Shown piece after piece: positions 9,844 through 19,485 of a DNA stretch of 64,000 bases; positions within the stretch are counted from its first letter, which is position 1; each line of letters starts with the position of its first letter. The stretch is from NCBI GenBank assembly GCA_038204425.1, contig JBBRCZ010000012.1, positions 35,447 to 99,446 of the forward strand, written 5' to 3'. Under the pieces are notes generated by a model that did not search any database, was not told where the DNA came from, and worked only from the letters and a program-made list of their open reading frames with translations. Both the position numbers and the translations under genes were made by a program. The DNA is from Spirochaetia bacterium (GTDB lineage Bacteria; Spirochaetota; Spirochaetia; DSM-27196; Salinispiraceae).

Positions 9844-11043
9844 CTACTGAGGAAGCTTTTTGAGCAACTCTTTGATTTCGCGAATAATCTGTCCATCGTG
9901 GCCTGCAAACTCACCATCCATCAAAACGGGCCTGACGCGAGGCGATTTTGCAATGCCAGCAGCTACCAAAATTTGGCGATAGATAGTTTTTTCGCGGGTT
10001 GTAATTAGATTGGTTTTTTGACGTTGATTGTACTCTGCTAAGCGAGATATTAAAAAATCAACGGCCGGCGCACTTGCATTAGTACCAAGTACAAGATAGG
10101 CGAGTAGAATCTCGTCATCGTTAAGTTCCTGCAATATGGCCTGGGATATTATTGCGACCGATTGACTAGTAGTATCGCCGTTGTCGCGCATAATCTCCAA
10201 TGTTTTCTTGCGCACCTTGTCGGCATCCATCTGCCTGAGTGTTTTGTTCTCGTGAACTTGAACCATCTCTTTGAGGGTTGCTCGCGCCAAGTCAACTTTG
10301 CGCGACGGACTTGCCTTCGATTTTTCTGCTGCCAGCAAAGCAGCATATCTATACGTGGAATCCTTACTAACCGAAACGATACCAATCAAAATGTCTATGG
10401 GATCCTCAACTATAACTTGCAGGGCAGCCTCTGCACTCGACTTTACTAGCGAAGGTCCCGAGTACCATCCAAAAGACGCAAGAAAAACCGCCTCATAGCC
10501 AAGCGGTGACTTCATAAGTTCAAGCGATCGAACTAAGCCAAAGGCAAGAATTTCTTGGTCGCGACTGTCCGCCAAACGCGGATTAAGGTTGATTGCCATT
10601 AGGTCTCGAGACAGAACCGGCACGAAATCTGTGGCTCGCATCTTGCCCAAAGAAATTGCGGCCTCAGCTCGCAAGAGTGCATCGCTGCTGTTTTTATAAA
10701 TCTCAAATATCAAATCAGAGCTCTCTAGAGCTCGGAGCTCGCCGCATTCTTGGATTATTATCTTGGCCAAGGCGATGCGACTTTTGGTGATATCAGGAAA
10801 GGCTCGATTCTCAATCTTTGAGTTGTAGACGTTTTGCAGTGCGTCTTTTAGCAAAGGAACAAAGGCTCTATCCTTTAACTCAATGATACGCAACATAACT
10901 GAATAACGCTGCTCGTCACTAGTCGAACTTCTGTAGATTTTTTCCCAGACAGCTGTCGACTCATTTTGAGCAAAGACAGAATGACCAGCAAAACCCACTA
11001 TAAATACAAAGGCCAGGACAGTCGCCGCAATTTTTTTGTTCAT
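9844..11043 (-). CDS. Secreted HEAT-repeat protein
   Basis: Signal peptide ending VFA-Q; helical repeats such as LRAEAAISLGKMRA; GAGGA RBS. Confidence 0.75.
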   Translation of the reverse strand: MNKKIAATVLAFVFIVGFAGHSVFAQNESTAVWEKIYRSSTSDEQRYSVMLRIIELKDRAFVPLLKDALQNVYNSKIENRAFPDITKSRIALAKIIIQECGELRALESSDLIFEIYKNSSDALLRAEAAISLGKMRATDFVPVLSRDLMAINLNPRLADSRDQEILAFGLVRSLELMKSPLGYEAVFLASFGWYSGPSLVKSSAEAALQVIVEDPIDILIGIVSVSKDSTYRYAALLAAEKSKASPSRKVDLARATLKEMVQVHENKTLRQMDADKVRKKTLEIMRDNGDTTSQSVAIISQAILQELNDDEILLAYLVLGTNASAPAVDFLISRLAEYNQRQKTNLITTREKTIYRQILVAAGIAKSPRVRPVLMDGEFAGHDGQIIREIKELLKKLPQ

Positions 11044-11091
11044 TTCAATTCCTCACTTACCACAATCGATTGGCATCATCAAAAAGCGCCA

Positions 11092-11991
11092 TCACTTATC
11101 TGCAAGTTCTAGGCCACGCCAAACCTTTTGGTTGATTTCCAACACACGACCTCGGGCGTCATACAAGATAGACTTCATTTCGTTACCGGCTCGGTCAAGA
11201 TCGATTAATCTCTTACGTAACAACACACCTGAGCCATTCCGTTCTTCCCTGCTTAGAGTCAGGTTATCGTAGCTCTGACTAATTATCAAGCTTAGCAGAC
11301 CCTTATCGTCAAGTTCCTTCTTTTCCACCAGCCTAGATTGACTATCATATGAATAGAGAAATCGTTTTACTAGCTTGGACCCTGCGTCCTTAACCTGGCT
11401 CTCAACTACTAAACCATTTTGATATTGATACTCGGTTATACTCAGCACGATGCCAGAGCCATCAATCACAACCCATCGAAGTTCGTTGCCTTGCGAATCA
11501 TAGCTATAGGTACTCTTCGACTGAAGTTGGCCATTAGCATTGAGAAGCGTTTCCTCTAAAACATGGCCATGCTGATCGAGAATCAGTCTACCTTTGGCAA
11601 TTACCGATCCGGTTGCCGTCTGTGTGGCAAAGTCGGCTGTGTCCTTGTCATACAAATAGGTTTTTGTACGTAGAACTTGGCCTTTTCCGTTACGATTCTC
11701 AACAAGCAGCGGTCTAGCGAGCTGATCATAGGTGGTGATTATTTCGGAAACAAGCTCCCCATCAGGGAAGAAGGTCCGTTCTTCGCTCAAACGAAACGTT
11801 AATTTGCTCTTGGTGACGACTTGCGAGAGTGCATTGTTGTGGTTCTGATTTGGCGATCCCTGTAAAAGCGTGCCTTGAGTAGTTGAAACATTGGTTTGGC
11901 TAGTTGTCGACTGGCAAGTTGACAAACCAAGACACAGCAAGAGAATTCCGGCAGTTATTCCAGCAGTTATCGGTGAATAATTAAAACGCAT
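11092..11991 (-). CDS. Lipoprotein with ~23-aa YD/RHS-like beta repeats
   Basis: Lipobox-like LGLSTC; repeated YxYD..G..L.E motifs (TYDQLARP, YSYDSQGNEL, YSYDSQSRLVE). Confidence 0.7.
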   Translation of the reverse strand: MRFNYSPITAGITAGILLLCLGLSTCQSTTSQTNVSTTQGTLLQGSPNQNHNNALSQVVTKSKLTFRLSEERTFFPDGELVSEIITTYDQLARPLLVENRNGKGQVLRTKTYLYDKDTADFATQTATGSVIAKGRLILDQHGHVLEETLLNANGQLQSKSTYSYDSQGNELRWVVIDGSGIVLSITEYQYQNGLVVESQVKDAGSKLVKRFLYSYDSQSRLVEKKELDDKGLLSLIISQSYDNLTLSREERNGSGVLLRKRLIDLDRAGNEMKSILYDARGRVLEINQKVWRGLELADK

Positions 11992-12046
11992 TGCTTACCT
12001 CTGTCTTAAAGCTAAGTCAAACTAAGGTATAGAGCAAGATTTACTG

Positions 12047-13117
12047 TTATTTGCTTTTGGCCAAACTTGTATTGAGCGCGGCTTCAAATTGTGCCAAGGA
12101 TTTTGCTTTTTCGCCAGCTGACATAAAGCTTGCCTTGATACCGTTTCGCATCAGCTCAAAGACTTCGGCATCGTCAAATCCCGTCAGCTGAGCCAGGCTA
12201 AGGTACTCTTGGTCTAGTTGTATGTTAAACAAAACAGGGTCGTCGGTATTTACCGTTACAAGCAAACCTTTGTCGTAAAAGGCTCTAATAGGATGGTCTT
12301 CATAGCGAGTTACGTATTTCCCGGTCACTATGTTACTCTTTGGGCAGATTTCTAGAGCAACTCCGTGCTCCCTCATATAATCTAACAACTTAGCATCTTC
12401 CAAAGAACTAGTTCCGTGACCAATTCTTGACGCTCCAAGCTCCTTAACCGCATCCCAAACGGACTCAGGACCAACTTCTTCGCCTGCGTGAGCAACGGTA
12501 TACAGGCCCGCCTCCTGCGCTTGTTTAAATAGTGGTTTGTAAATTATGCAAGGATTGCCACTTTCCTGGCCACCAAGTCCAATGCCAACAATTCGTTTGT
12601 TACCGGTTTTGGTTCGATAGCGCAGGGTCAAATCCAAGTTGCGCTTGGCGTTGTCAAAGCCAAATGACCTAGAAATGTCAATAATCAACTTTATGTCGGG
12701 GCCGCCTTTTTTGGCGATGTTTTCAAACCCTTCTAGTACCGGAGCAATCATATCGTCAAAATCAACCAAGCCTTGCCTAAGTACCATAGACGGAGAAATG
12801 TATAACTCCATATAGACGATATTGTTGCGCAAAGCGTAAGAATGAACGTCCTTAACAAAGTATAAAAAGTCTTCTGGCTTTTTGAACAAGGTTTGTAAAA
12901 AAAAGAAGTTCTTGATCATGTCCTTAAGACTGGTAATTTCTAAGAGCTTATTGAAATCTTCTGGACTCTTTAGAGATGGGTTTGCTTGATATTTTTGATT
13001 GAGCTCATGGTAGGATTCATAGCTAACGGTAGCCTCAGCATGAATATGGAGCTCGGTCTTTGGAAGCATATGTATAATCGAGTCCAAATTTTTAGTGTTC
13101 TTATCTGAAAGCCCCAA
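12047..13117 (-). CDS. add: Adenosine/adenine deaminase
   Basis: LPKTELHIH, AHAGE, RIGHG, EICPKSN, TVNTDDP. Confidence 0.93.
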   Translation of the reverse strand: MGLSDKNTKNLDSIIHMLPKTELHIHAEATVSYESYHELNQKYQANPSLKSPEDFNKLLEITSLKDMIKNFFFLQTLFKKPEDFLYFVKDVHSYALRNNIVYMELYISPSMVLRQGLVDFDDMIAPVLEGFENIAKKGGPDIKLIIDISRSFGFDNAKRNLDLTLRYRTKTGNKRIVGIGLGGQESGNPCIIYKPLFKQAQEAGLYTVAHAGEEVGPESVWDAVKELGASRIGHGTSSLEDAKLLDYMREHGVALEICPKSNIVTGKYVTRYEDHPIRAFYDKGLLVTVNTDDPVLFNIQLDQEYLSLAQLTGFDDAEVFELMRNGIKASFMSAGEKAKSLAQFEAALNTSLAKSK

Positions 13118-13221
13118 AGGTCCCCCCTAGCTTATAGTTGTATATCGACAGCAAGGAGAAATAAATTCATACCAAGTTGTTCAAAATGGCCAAAAAATGC
13201 CCAACGGGTGTGCTTAAATTG

Positions 13222-13944
13222 CTATTGTTGAGAAAGATTGTTTCTTCGTCCAAAAAGTAAATCAAAACCTTCGTACAAAAGATTGCTTCTCGGAATCACA
13301 TGCCCACCTAGAAACGAAGTGTACCAAGACAAAATTCCTGCTTGTTTGCTTAGCGCGGCTGCAGCTTCCATGCCCCTGATTCGGTCAGCGCTGTCCGTGT
13401 TGCCAATCAAGAAAACTATGCGCTTTTTATGGTCTTTTAGGTACTTGAGTTGCGCCTTTGTGGCCGGATAGCTACACCGACTTGCTACGATAAGTGCCCC
13501 AGCAAAAAGTTCTTTGTGCCGGATCATGAAGGCCCAAGAAAGATCACCGCCCAAAGAATAACCATTGGTATAAATCTGTTGCTCATCGATAGGAAACTCT
13601 TTTTTAGCTCGATCAATATCCTTGAGCAAGCGGGCTTCATACCAAGCAATATAGGACATAAAATCAGGCAAATATTCGTTGCGTTCGGTTCTACCTTGTG
13701 GAATGAGGGCTATATAATTGTCAATTTGCAAGTAGTCAGAAACCGCATCAAAATATCGTTCGGACGTACCGGTGGTAAAGGGCAAGAAGACAATTAATGG
13801 GTAGAGCCTTCCCGCTTGGATTTGGCCCACCTGCCTGATTTGTGCCGGCTCATCGAGGTAGGATGGTCGACTTTGTGTCGCAAACAATTGAAAACTCGAC
13901 ACCAGCAAAATTGCCCAAACAAGAATTCCTTGCCGCCTTAACAT
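13222..13944 (-). CDS. Secreted alpha/beta-hydrolase (esterase-like)
   Basis: Signal peptide; nucleophile elbow GYSLGG; IGNTD and GGH; 9 nt downstream of the GH52 gene. Confidence 0.8.
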   Translation of the reverse strand: MLRRQGILVWAILLVSSFQLFATQSRPSYLDEPAQIRQVGQIQAGRLYPLIVFLPFTTGTSERYFDAVSDYLQIDNYIALIPQGRTERNEYLPDFMSYIAWYEARLLKDIDRAKKEFPIDEQQIYTNGYSLGGDLSWAFMIRHKELFAGALIVASRCSYPATKAQLKYLKDHKKRIVFLIGNTDSADRIRGMEAAAALSKQAGILSWYTSFLGGHVIPRSNLLYEGFDLLFGRRNNLSQQ

Positions 13945-13953
13945 CTTCTCACC

Positions 13954-16023
13954 TCACTTTAACCACAAATAGTTAGTAACAACTCTTGGATAATAGCGCG
14001 AGCCTATCACCTTGCCCGAAGCAAATTGGTCCGAGCAAGCCGTAAAGGTAGAACCTTGGACTTGCCAGTTTACGTGAGCATTATCGCTCTCTTGTCCCTG
14101 CTTACCAGGATCGATACCAAAAATTCGCTCGGCAACAAACTGGCACAAGAAAATCTTTGAGGCCCAAGAATTGTCAGCCGTTGATGACAGCTTCCAAGCC
14201 CCATCGTCATACAGACAGACGCCTTTTTTGAGGATGTTTTGGTAATGCTTTTTGAGAGTGCTCACCAATTGACCAAACTCACCTTGCTCACTCACCAGCT
14301 GGGTCAAACCCATGTAATAAGGGAAGACCAAGCCTTCGATTGCAGGAATTATGGCGCTCTGGTTTCCCTGTTCAAAAACTGCGGGGATGTAGCCAAGCTT
14401 GGCATCGTAGTGAGAAACAATAGTAGCAGCACCGAGATGGGCGCTCGCCTTGGCTTGGGTTTGCAGATTAAGTTCGCCACTTTGGCCAAAGAGATCTGAC
14501 ATGGCCACATAGGCCGCCCAGCACTTAACAGCCAAGTAAAGATTATTGCGTGCTTGTCCCAAAGAATGGTCAAGCGAGTCATAGGTGGTAATCTCTCCGC
14601 CACCTTGGCAGCGAGAGGATTCAAGCTTCATAATGCCGTTGCGTTTGTTTACATCGTAGTGATCACGATTGAGCAAGGACTGGTAGCAGTCTTTGATAAC
14701 CTTAAGGTTCTCAGTCAAAAAATCCTGGTCAGCAGTTTTTTTGACATAGACGGCAAAAGTCAGAATAAAGTTAACCAACTGCTCACAGGTCATGTAGCTA
14801 AAGCACTTACGGTCGAGTCCAGCCAGTTCGTAACTCGAGTGACCTTCAGGCGAAAACGTGTTGTTGTAACCTTGGTCGTGGGCAAAGCTGATGCCACCAG
14901 GATAGAGCTTGCTTGGGTCTGTCGGATCGTAGACTTGATCGTAATAACTGTAGAGTCTCATAAAGTAAACAAGTTCGTTTTTGACAGTCCACGGCATCCA
15001 TTCGAGCTGATAAAAAACCATGTCTACTGCCAGATCAAAGGTGTTTATCATGCGGTACTCGCCTTCATTAACGTTCCAGAATGGTCGCCCACCGTAGTCC
15101 AGCCATTGAGTAGAACCGTAGAAAGACCGCGTGGCGTGGGCAATCAAAAACTGGCGTTCTGGATTGAGCTTTGAGTTTTTTAACTCGCTGTCACGGGCGG
15201 CCGCTTGGTCCAAAAAGTACTCTTGTTGATCCAGTGCATAGTCCAAAACATCTTCGGCGGAGGAAAAATAACGGGTGTAGAAATACTTCATTTCAAAGCG
15301 TCGCGTTACTACGCCGGCTTGATAAAAGGACAGAGCAAACAGAACTTCCTTTTTTTCACCAGCCGCTATGTCAAAGGTGAGGCCAAAAATACCTGACAAA
15401 TAGTGGTTCCAAAGTTTGTGGTCAAAAATGTGCATCAGGTCGTAAATAGCAAACCACTTGGCCTTTTCGCGCGTGCCCAAGCCCATAGTTCCGTCTTGAA
15501 AGCTAAATCCACTTAGTCCGTCAATCGACTCAAGCGGAATTTTGTTCTCGTAGCCACCCATTGCAAAAACGCCCGTAACGGGGCGCTTGCCTTGGCTGTT
15601 ATCAAAGCTTAAGCGCAGATATATCGCTGGCATAGACTCTCGCTTAAGTTGATCAGATGAAGCTTGGTCTGGATCAGTTAGCTTAAAAAAAGGTGTGATG
15701 ATGTCAAGTTTTAGATTGCGCGCCTGCAGGCTGTCTGTTGCCCAAGCGTAGTCTCTCACTATCTCACTCTCAGGGATTATATCTACCTGATTGTCACTAG
15801 TTGTGTCGGACTTTAGGCCAAAGTTGGCCGCTGCACTCAAGTCTTGATTCTTAAAAAATGGTAGAACGGTAAAAGTTTTTTGGTCGATGATGCCGGCAAA
15901 AATGTTGCCGTTGCCGGGGCCACCCTTAGCGATTGCCATACCGCCTTTTTCGCCAGCCATACCAAGGGTAAATGAGGCAAATGCCCCGTTGGGGGAGTGT
16001 TGCGCGTGAAATGAAACAGCCAT
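13954..16023 (-). CDS. Glycoside hydrolase family 52 beta-xylosidase
   Basis: FHAQHSPNGAFASFTLG N-terminus, WNVNEGEYRMINTFDL, EITTYDSLDHSLGQARNNLYLAVKCWA, SSTADNSW, GSRYYPR; all typical of GH52. Confidence 0.93.
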   Translation of the reverse strand: MAVSFHAQHSPNGAFASFTLGMAGEKGGMAIAKGGPGNGNIFAGIIDQKTFTVLPFFKNQDLSAAANFGLKSDTTSDNQVDIIPESEIVRDYAWATDSLQARNLKLDIITPFFKLTDPDQASSDQLKRESMPAIYLRLSFDNSQGKRPVTGVFAMGGYENKIPLESIDGLSGFSFQDGTMGLGTREKAKWFAIYDLMHIFDHKLWNHYLSGIFGLTFDIAAGEKKEVLFALSFYQAGVVTRRFEMKYFYTRYFSSAEDVLDYALDQQEYFLDQAAARDSELKNSKLNPERQFLIAHATRSFYGSTQWLDYGGRPFWNVNEGEYRMINTFDLAVDMVFYQLEWMPWTVKNELVYFMRLYSYYDQVYDPTDPSKLYPGGISFAHDQGYNNTFSPEGHSSYELAGLDRKCFSYMTCEQLVNFILTFAVYVKKTADQDFLTENLKVIKDCYQSLLNRDHYDVNKRNGIMKLESSRCQGGGEITTYDSLDHSLGQARNNLYLAVKCWAAYVAMSDLFGQSGELNLQTQAKASAHLGAATIVSHYDAKLGYIPAVFEQGNQSAIIPAIEGLVFPYYMGLTQLVSEQGEFGQLVSTLKKHYQNILKKGVCLYDDGAWKLSSTADNSWASKIFLCQFVAERIFGIDPGKQGQESDNAHVNWQVQGSTFTACSDQFASGKVIGSRYYPRVVTNYLWLK

Positions 16024-16078
16024 GATTGCTTCCTTGCCTTTAGGTTGACTATTACGCCAAACAATTGGATTAAAGATA

Positions 16079-16104
16079 AAAGACCTGCGCTAATGCAGGT
16101 CTTT
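16079..16104 (-). terminator. Intrinsic terminator-like hairpin between the propeller gene and GH52
   Basis: AAAGACCTGC, 6 nt, GCAGGTCTTT perfect 10-bp stem; U-rich tail on the minus strand. Confidence 0.7.
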
Positions 16105-16168
16105 GCTTATGGTATCATTTTCGCTTGCAGCATGCAAATAAGATAGTTTTAAATCTGAACAGTACCTG

Positions 16169-16972
16169 TTAATTAGTGAATATGCGGTACAGACTTCCAC
16201 TAGTTTCTATAGTGTAGAGCTGGCCGCCAATAGACAAAGCAAAACCTGTAGTAGCAAAGTCTGGTTTTCCCAATTGCTTCCATTTGCCAGTGCCGATATC
16301 AGTAGCATAGAGCGCCCCAGATACCTCAATAGTATAGAGCGCGTCTCCGATCAGGACACCGTTGATGGTATCTTCATAATCAGCAGACTTGCCCAATTGT
16401 TTCCATGCTCCACTATCTGGTTCTATTAGGTATAAAGTCCCGCTGCTCTCGGCGGTCAACAAAGTCGTGCTGTTGGATAACAAAGCCACGGTATTGGCAT
16501 AGTCGGGCTTGCCGATTTTTCTCCAAGTCCCGCTTGCCAGGTCAGTTGCATAAAGAACTCCGCTGGTTTCTACCGTGTAGATTGTTGTGCCAATAACTGT
16601 GGCAGCAATCGTGTTCTTCCATTCGCCAGCCTTTCCGATTTGCTTCCAGCTTCCGTTGCTCGCATTAATGCGATAGAGAGAGCCACTTTCCTCTATGCTA
16701 ATTAGGTCACTACCCGACGCAAGCAGAAACTTTGTTTTTGCAAATTCCGCTTTGCCAAGCTGTTTCCAAACTCCTGTCTTTACATCGGTAGTATAGAGAA
16801 CTCCAGAACTTTCTACCGTATAAAGCAGCCCGCCCATCCCAACTGCTGCAATTGTATTTTTCCAATCACCTGCCTTGCCAACTATCTGCCAGCTTCCAGC
16901 GGCTTGGGCAAAGAGATTACCACCAAAAATAAATGACAACAAAACTATGACTAATACAATTTTCTTTTTCAC
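16169..16972 (-). CDS. Secreted six-repeat beta-propeller protein (tachylectin-like)
   Basis: GTG 16972 with GGAGG RBS, signal peptide, then six 40-41 aa repeats G.W[KQR]..GK...T.....LYT.E.SG.LY. Confidence 0.8.
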   Translation of the reverse strand: MKKKIVLVIVLLSFIFGGNLFAQAAGSWQIVGKAGDWKNTIAAVGMGGLLYTVESSGVLYTTDVKTGVWKQLGKAEFAKTKFLLASGSDLISIEESGSLYRINASNGSWKQIGKAGEWKNTIAATVIGTTIYTVETSGVLYATDLASGTWRKIGKPDYANTVALLSNSTTLLTAESSGTLYLIEPDSGAWKQLGKSADYEDTINGVLIGDALYTIEVSGALYATDIGTGKWKQLGKPDFATTGFALSIGGQLYTIETSGSLYRIFTN

Positions 16973-17027
16973 TATGAGCCTCCTGCCTATACTATAGTAC
17001 GAATTCGGTTTTTGGTGGCAAGCTCTA

Positions 17028-17056
17028 TTGCTAAGGGTCTGGCTGCTAGCTATGAT
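17028..17056 (+). promoter_or_regulatory. sigma70-type promoter upstream of the cobalamin riboswitch
   Basis: TTGCTA(17028-17033), 17 nt, TATGAT(17051-17056). Confidence 0.6.
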
Positions 17057-17107
17057 GGGCACTCAAGGAGGCTTTGATCAAACACTAGCTCAAAGAGCTG
17101 GAAATGA

Positions 17108-17192
17108 ACGGTCTACGATAACGGAAGTTCGTTAAATTCGAACGCGGGCGTGCCACTGTAAGGACTAACTGTCTAAGCCAGGAGACGATCGT
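17108..17192 (+). ncRNA. Cobalamin riboswitch (compact form)
   Basis: Conserved elements in order: AACGGAA, GTTCG-TTAAATT-CGAAC hairpin, GCCACTGTAA, B12 box AGCCAGGAGAC; closing helix ACGGTC/GATCGT; lies upstream of a TonB-dependent receptor. Confidence 0.88.
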
Positions 17193-17347
17193 ACGACTTT
17201 TCGATGAAGAACTCACACTGGCCCTCTAAGGGCGAGAATGCGAGCCTTCATTCATTCTCTCACGAACAGGGAATGCGTAAAAATGCCTATCTTTAGGGAT
17301 CTTGTCCCATTTTTACCGTTCCTTCTTACAAAGAAGGAGTAACAATC

Positions 17348-19390
17348 GTGAAATTTGCTTCGTTATTCATCACAAGCTGCCTGTCAGCACTGGTATTTCT
17401 CGTGTCGCCACTTGCAATCAGTGCACAAGAAACTAGCTCCACTTCCACCTCGGTCTCCACCTCCACTTCAAGCACTGGTGAAGAATTCCTTGCCCTAGAG
17501 CAATTGGCCCAAGGTGTGGTTTTAACCGCCAATCGAACAGCTGACGACGCTCGCTCGGTTGCGGCATTGGTAAGCATTATCGATAGTGATGACATTGCTA
17601 ACTCTTTGGCCAGCACCATCGTAGAACTACTTGCAGAGTTGGCTGGCGTGTCAGTTACCAGTACGTCCTCGCCCGCTCAGGCCCAAGTAAGTTTACGTGG
17701 TTTTGGCGAAAACGGCTTTGGCCGCACCTTGGTCTTAGTCGACGGTGTGCCGCTCAACAGTGCCGATATGCGCGGTCTTGACTGGCTTTCGGTTCCACTA
17801 GCGCGAATTGAGCGCATAGAAGTCGTACGCGGAGCAGCATCGAGTCTCTATGGCAACAACGCCATCGGCGGAGTCATAAACATCATCACCAAGCGAGCTA
17901 CAAAAGACTTGTCTACCGATATTAGTCTTAGCGCCGGCAGCAACTGGTCACACCAAGAGAGCGCACATATTTCCTTTTATAAGGACCTCGTTGGCCTCAA
18001 CTTGGTTGCAGAGAACACGGGGACGCAAGGTTGGCGTCAAAGGAGCGGTTTTCGCTCCTCGCGGGGCGGTGCTGACTTGGTTCTGGAACTAGACCCTAGC
18101 CTAGATCTACGCTTGTCGGCCAGTGTCTCGGATACCGCATTTGAAATGCCCGGTGCCATTGATCAAGATACTTTTTTGCTTGATCCCCGCACAGCCCTCA
18201 ATTACGACGAATCAGGAACCCAGAGATCTTTAGACAGCAAAGCCTTTCTGACTTGGAAAGCCAGTGATGTCTTTTCATTTAATCTTCCTGTTTCCTGGAG
18301 CTACGGCGAGTCCAGCGAAGAACATCCGGCTTGGCCGCTCTTTTTGGCACGCCAGACCCAGACTTTTGACGCGCGACCGCAAGCCAGTTTTACTTTGGGC
18401 TCGGATCAAGTACAAGCAAGAATCAACACTGGTTTAGACTTACGTTTGGCTGGCATCGAAAATCAAGGTTATAGCGACCTGCAGCGTACACTGCTCAATA
18501 GATCTTACACCGTCTTTCAACGAACTCTTGGACTGTATCTCAACGCCGACCTTACGATAGATAAGGTCTTTTCGCTGGCGGCACGCATTCGTGAGGACTT
18601 GGTTTGGCACGGCAAAGACACTGCAAACGGCACTAGCCAAGCCTTGGTCTATGGCTTTAGTCTGCTTGCCAAACCTATTGAGGAGATTAAGTTCTTTGCG
18701 CGCTATGACAGTCTTTTCCGCTACCCGTTTTTGGATGAACGCTATTCTCTACTAAGCTCAACGGTTTGGGACTTGCGCCCAGAAACAGGCTTTAATCTGG
18801 AAGCTGGCGCCAGTCTATACTTTTCTGAAGTTCTTAGCCTTGATTTTAGTGGCTACCTCTTGGACTTGGTGGACGAAATCGCCTTTGTCAGCGACTTTGG
18901 GCCTGATTTTGGCAGCAACCAAAATATTGGCACTACTCGCCGACTTGGAATAGATAGTCAATTGAACTTAAAGCCCATCAAGGAACTAGAACTTGCTGCT
19001 GGCTATTCCTTTGTAGATGCTCGCTTTGTAGGTGGCGCAAACGATGGCAAGATGATCCCCTTGGTTCCTTCCCACAAGCTAAGCGGCAAGGTCACACTAA
19101 AACTGCCCTTTGGCCTGAGTCTTGCGCCAAAAGTCAGCTACGTAAGTGATTACTATGCAGGGGGCGACGTAAGTAACGGTGCAACAGTGCTTAAGGAGCG
19201 ACTACTCTTAGATCTCCAGGCTCGCTTGGATTTAGAACTTGGAACCGGCAATGTTGCCATAGTCTTAGAAGCCAAAAACCTCTTGGACACAAGTTACGCC
19301 AGCCAATCCTACCTCGACTTCATGGGCAATCCTAGCTACTACCCTGGAGACGGACGCAGTCTTGCGGTTTCTGTCTCTTATCGTTACTGA
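17348..19390 (+). CDS. btuB: TonB-dependent outer-membrane receptor, probably a corrinoid transporter (BtuB-like)
   Basis: VVLTANR TonB-box region, plug motifs LRGFG, LVLVDGVP, IERIEVVRGAASSLYGNNAIGGVINIITK, KNLLD, C-terminal SYRY. Specificity is inferred from the riboswitch only. Confidence 0.85.
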   Translation: MKFASLFITSCLSALVFLVSPLAISAQETSSTSTSVSTSTSSTGEEFLALEQLAQGVVLTANRTADDARSVAALVSIIDSDDIANSLASTIVELLAELAGVSVTSTSSPAQAQVSLRGFGENGFGRTLVLVDGVPLNSADMRGLDWLSVPLARIERIEVVRGAASSLYGNNAIGGVINIITKRATKDLSTDISLSAGSNWSHQESAHISFYKDLVGLNLVAENTGTQGWRQRSGFRSSRGGADLVLELDPSLDLRLSASVSDTAFEMPGAIDQDTFLLDPRTALNYDESGTQRSLDSKAFLTWKASDVFSFNLPVSWSYGESSEEHPAWPLFLARQTQTFDARPQASFTLGSDQVQARINTGLDLRLAGIENQGYSDLQRTLLNRSYTVFQRTLGLYLNADLTIDKVFSLAARIREDLVWHGKDTANGTSQALVYGFSLLAKPIEEIKFFARYDSLFRYPFLDERYSLLSSTVWDLRPETGFNLEAGASLYFSEVLSLDFSGYLLDLVDEIAFVSDFGPDFGSNQNIGTTRRLGIDSQLNLKPIKELELAAGYSFVDARFVGGANDGKMIPLVPSHKLSGKVTLKLPFGLSLAPKVSYVSDYYAGGDVSNGATVLKERLLLDLQARLDLELGTGNVAIVLEAKNLLDTSYASQSYLDFMGNPSYYPGDGRSLAVSVSYRY

Positions 19391-19407
19391 TAACGAAACT
19401 GATATCG

Positions 19408-19460
19408 CAATTGATGTGATGGCCTAGCTCAATGAGCCCGGCCATCACATCAATTGTTTT
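19408..19460 (+). terminator. Long hairpin terminator between convergent genes
   Basis: Perfect 17-bp stem CAATTGATGTGATGGCC(19408-19424)/GGCCATCACATCAATTG(19440-19456) followed by TTTT. Confidence 0.8.
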
Positions 19461-19485
19461 AATGTCTGAGATTTAAGGAGTTAGT

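Noticed and set aside
11092..11991. RHS toxin with an adjacent immunity gene
   Set aside because: Only 299 aa, lipoprotein signal, no RHS core terminus (DPxG) and no toxin domain.
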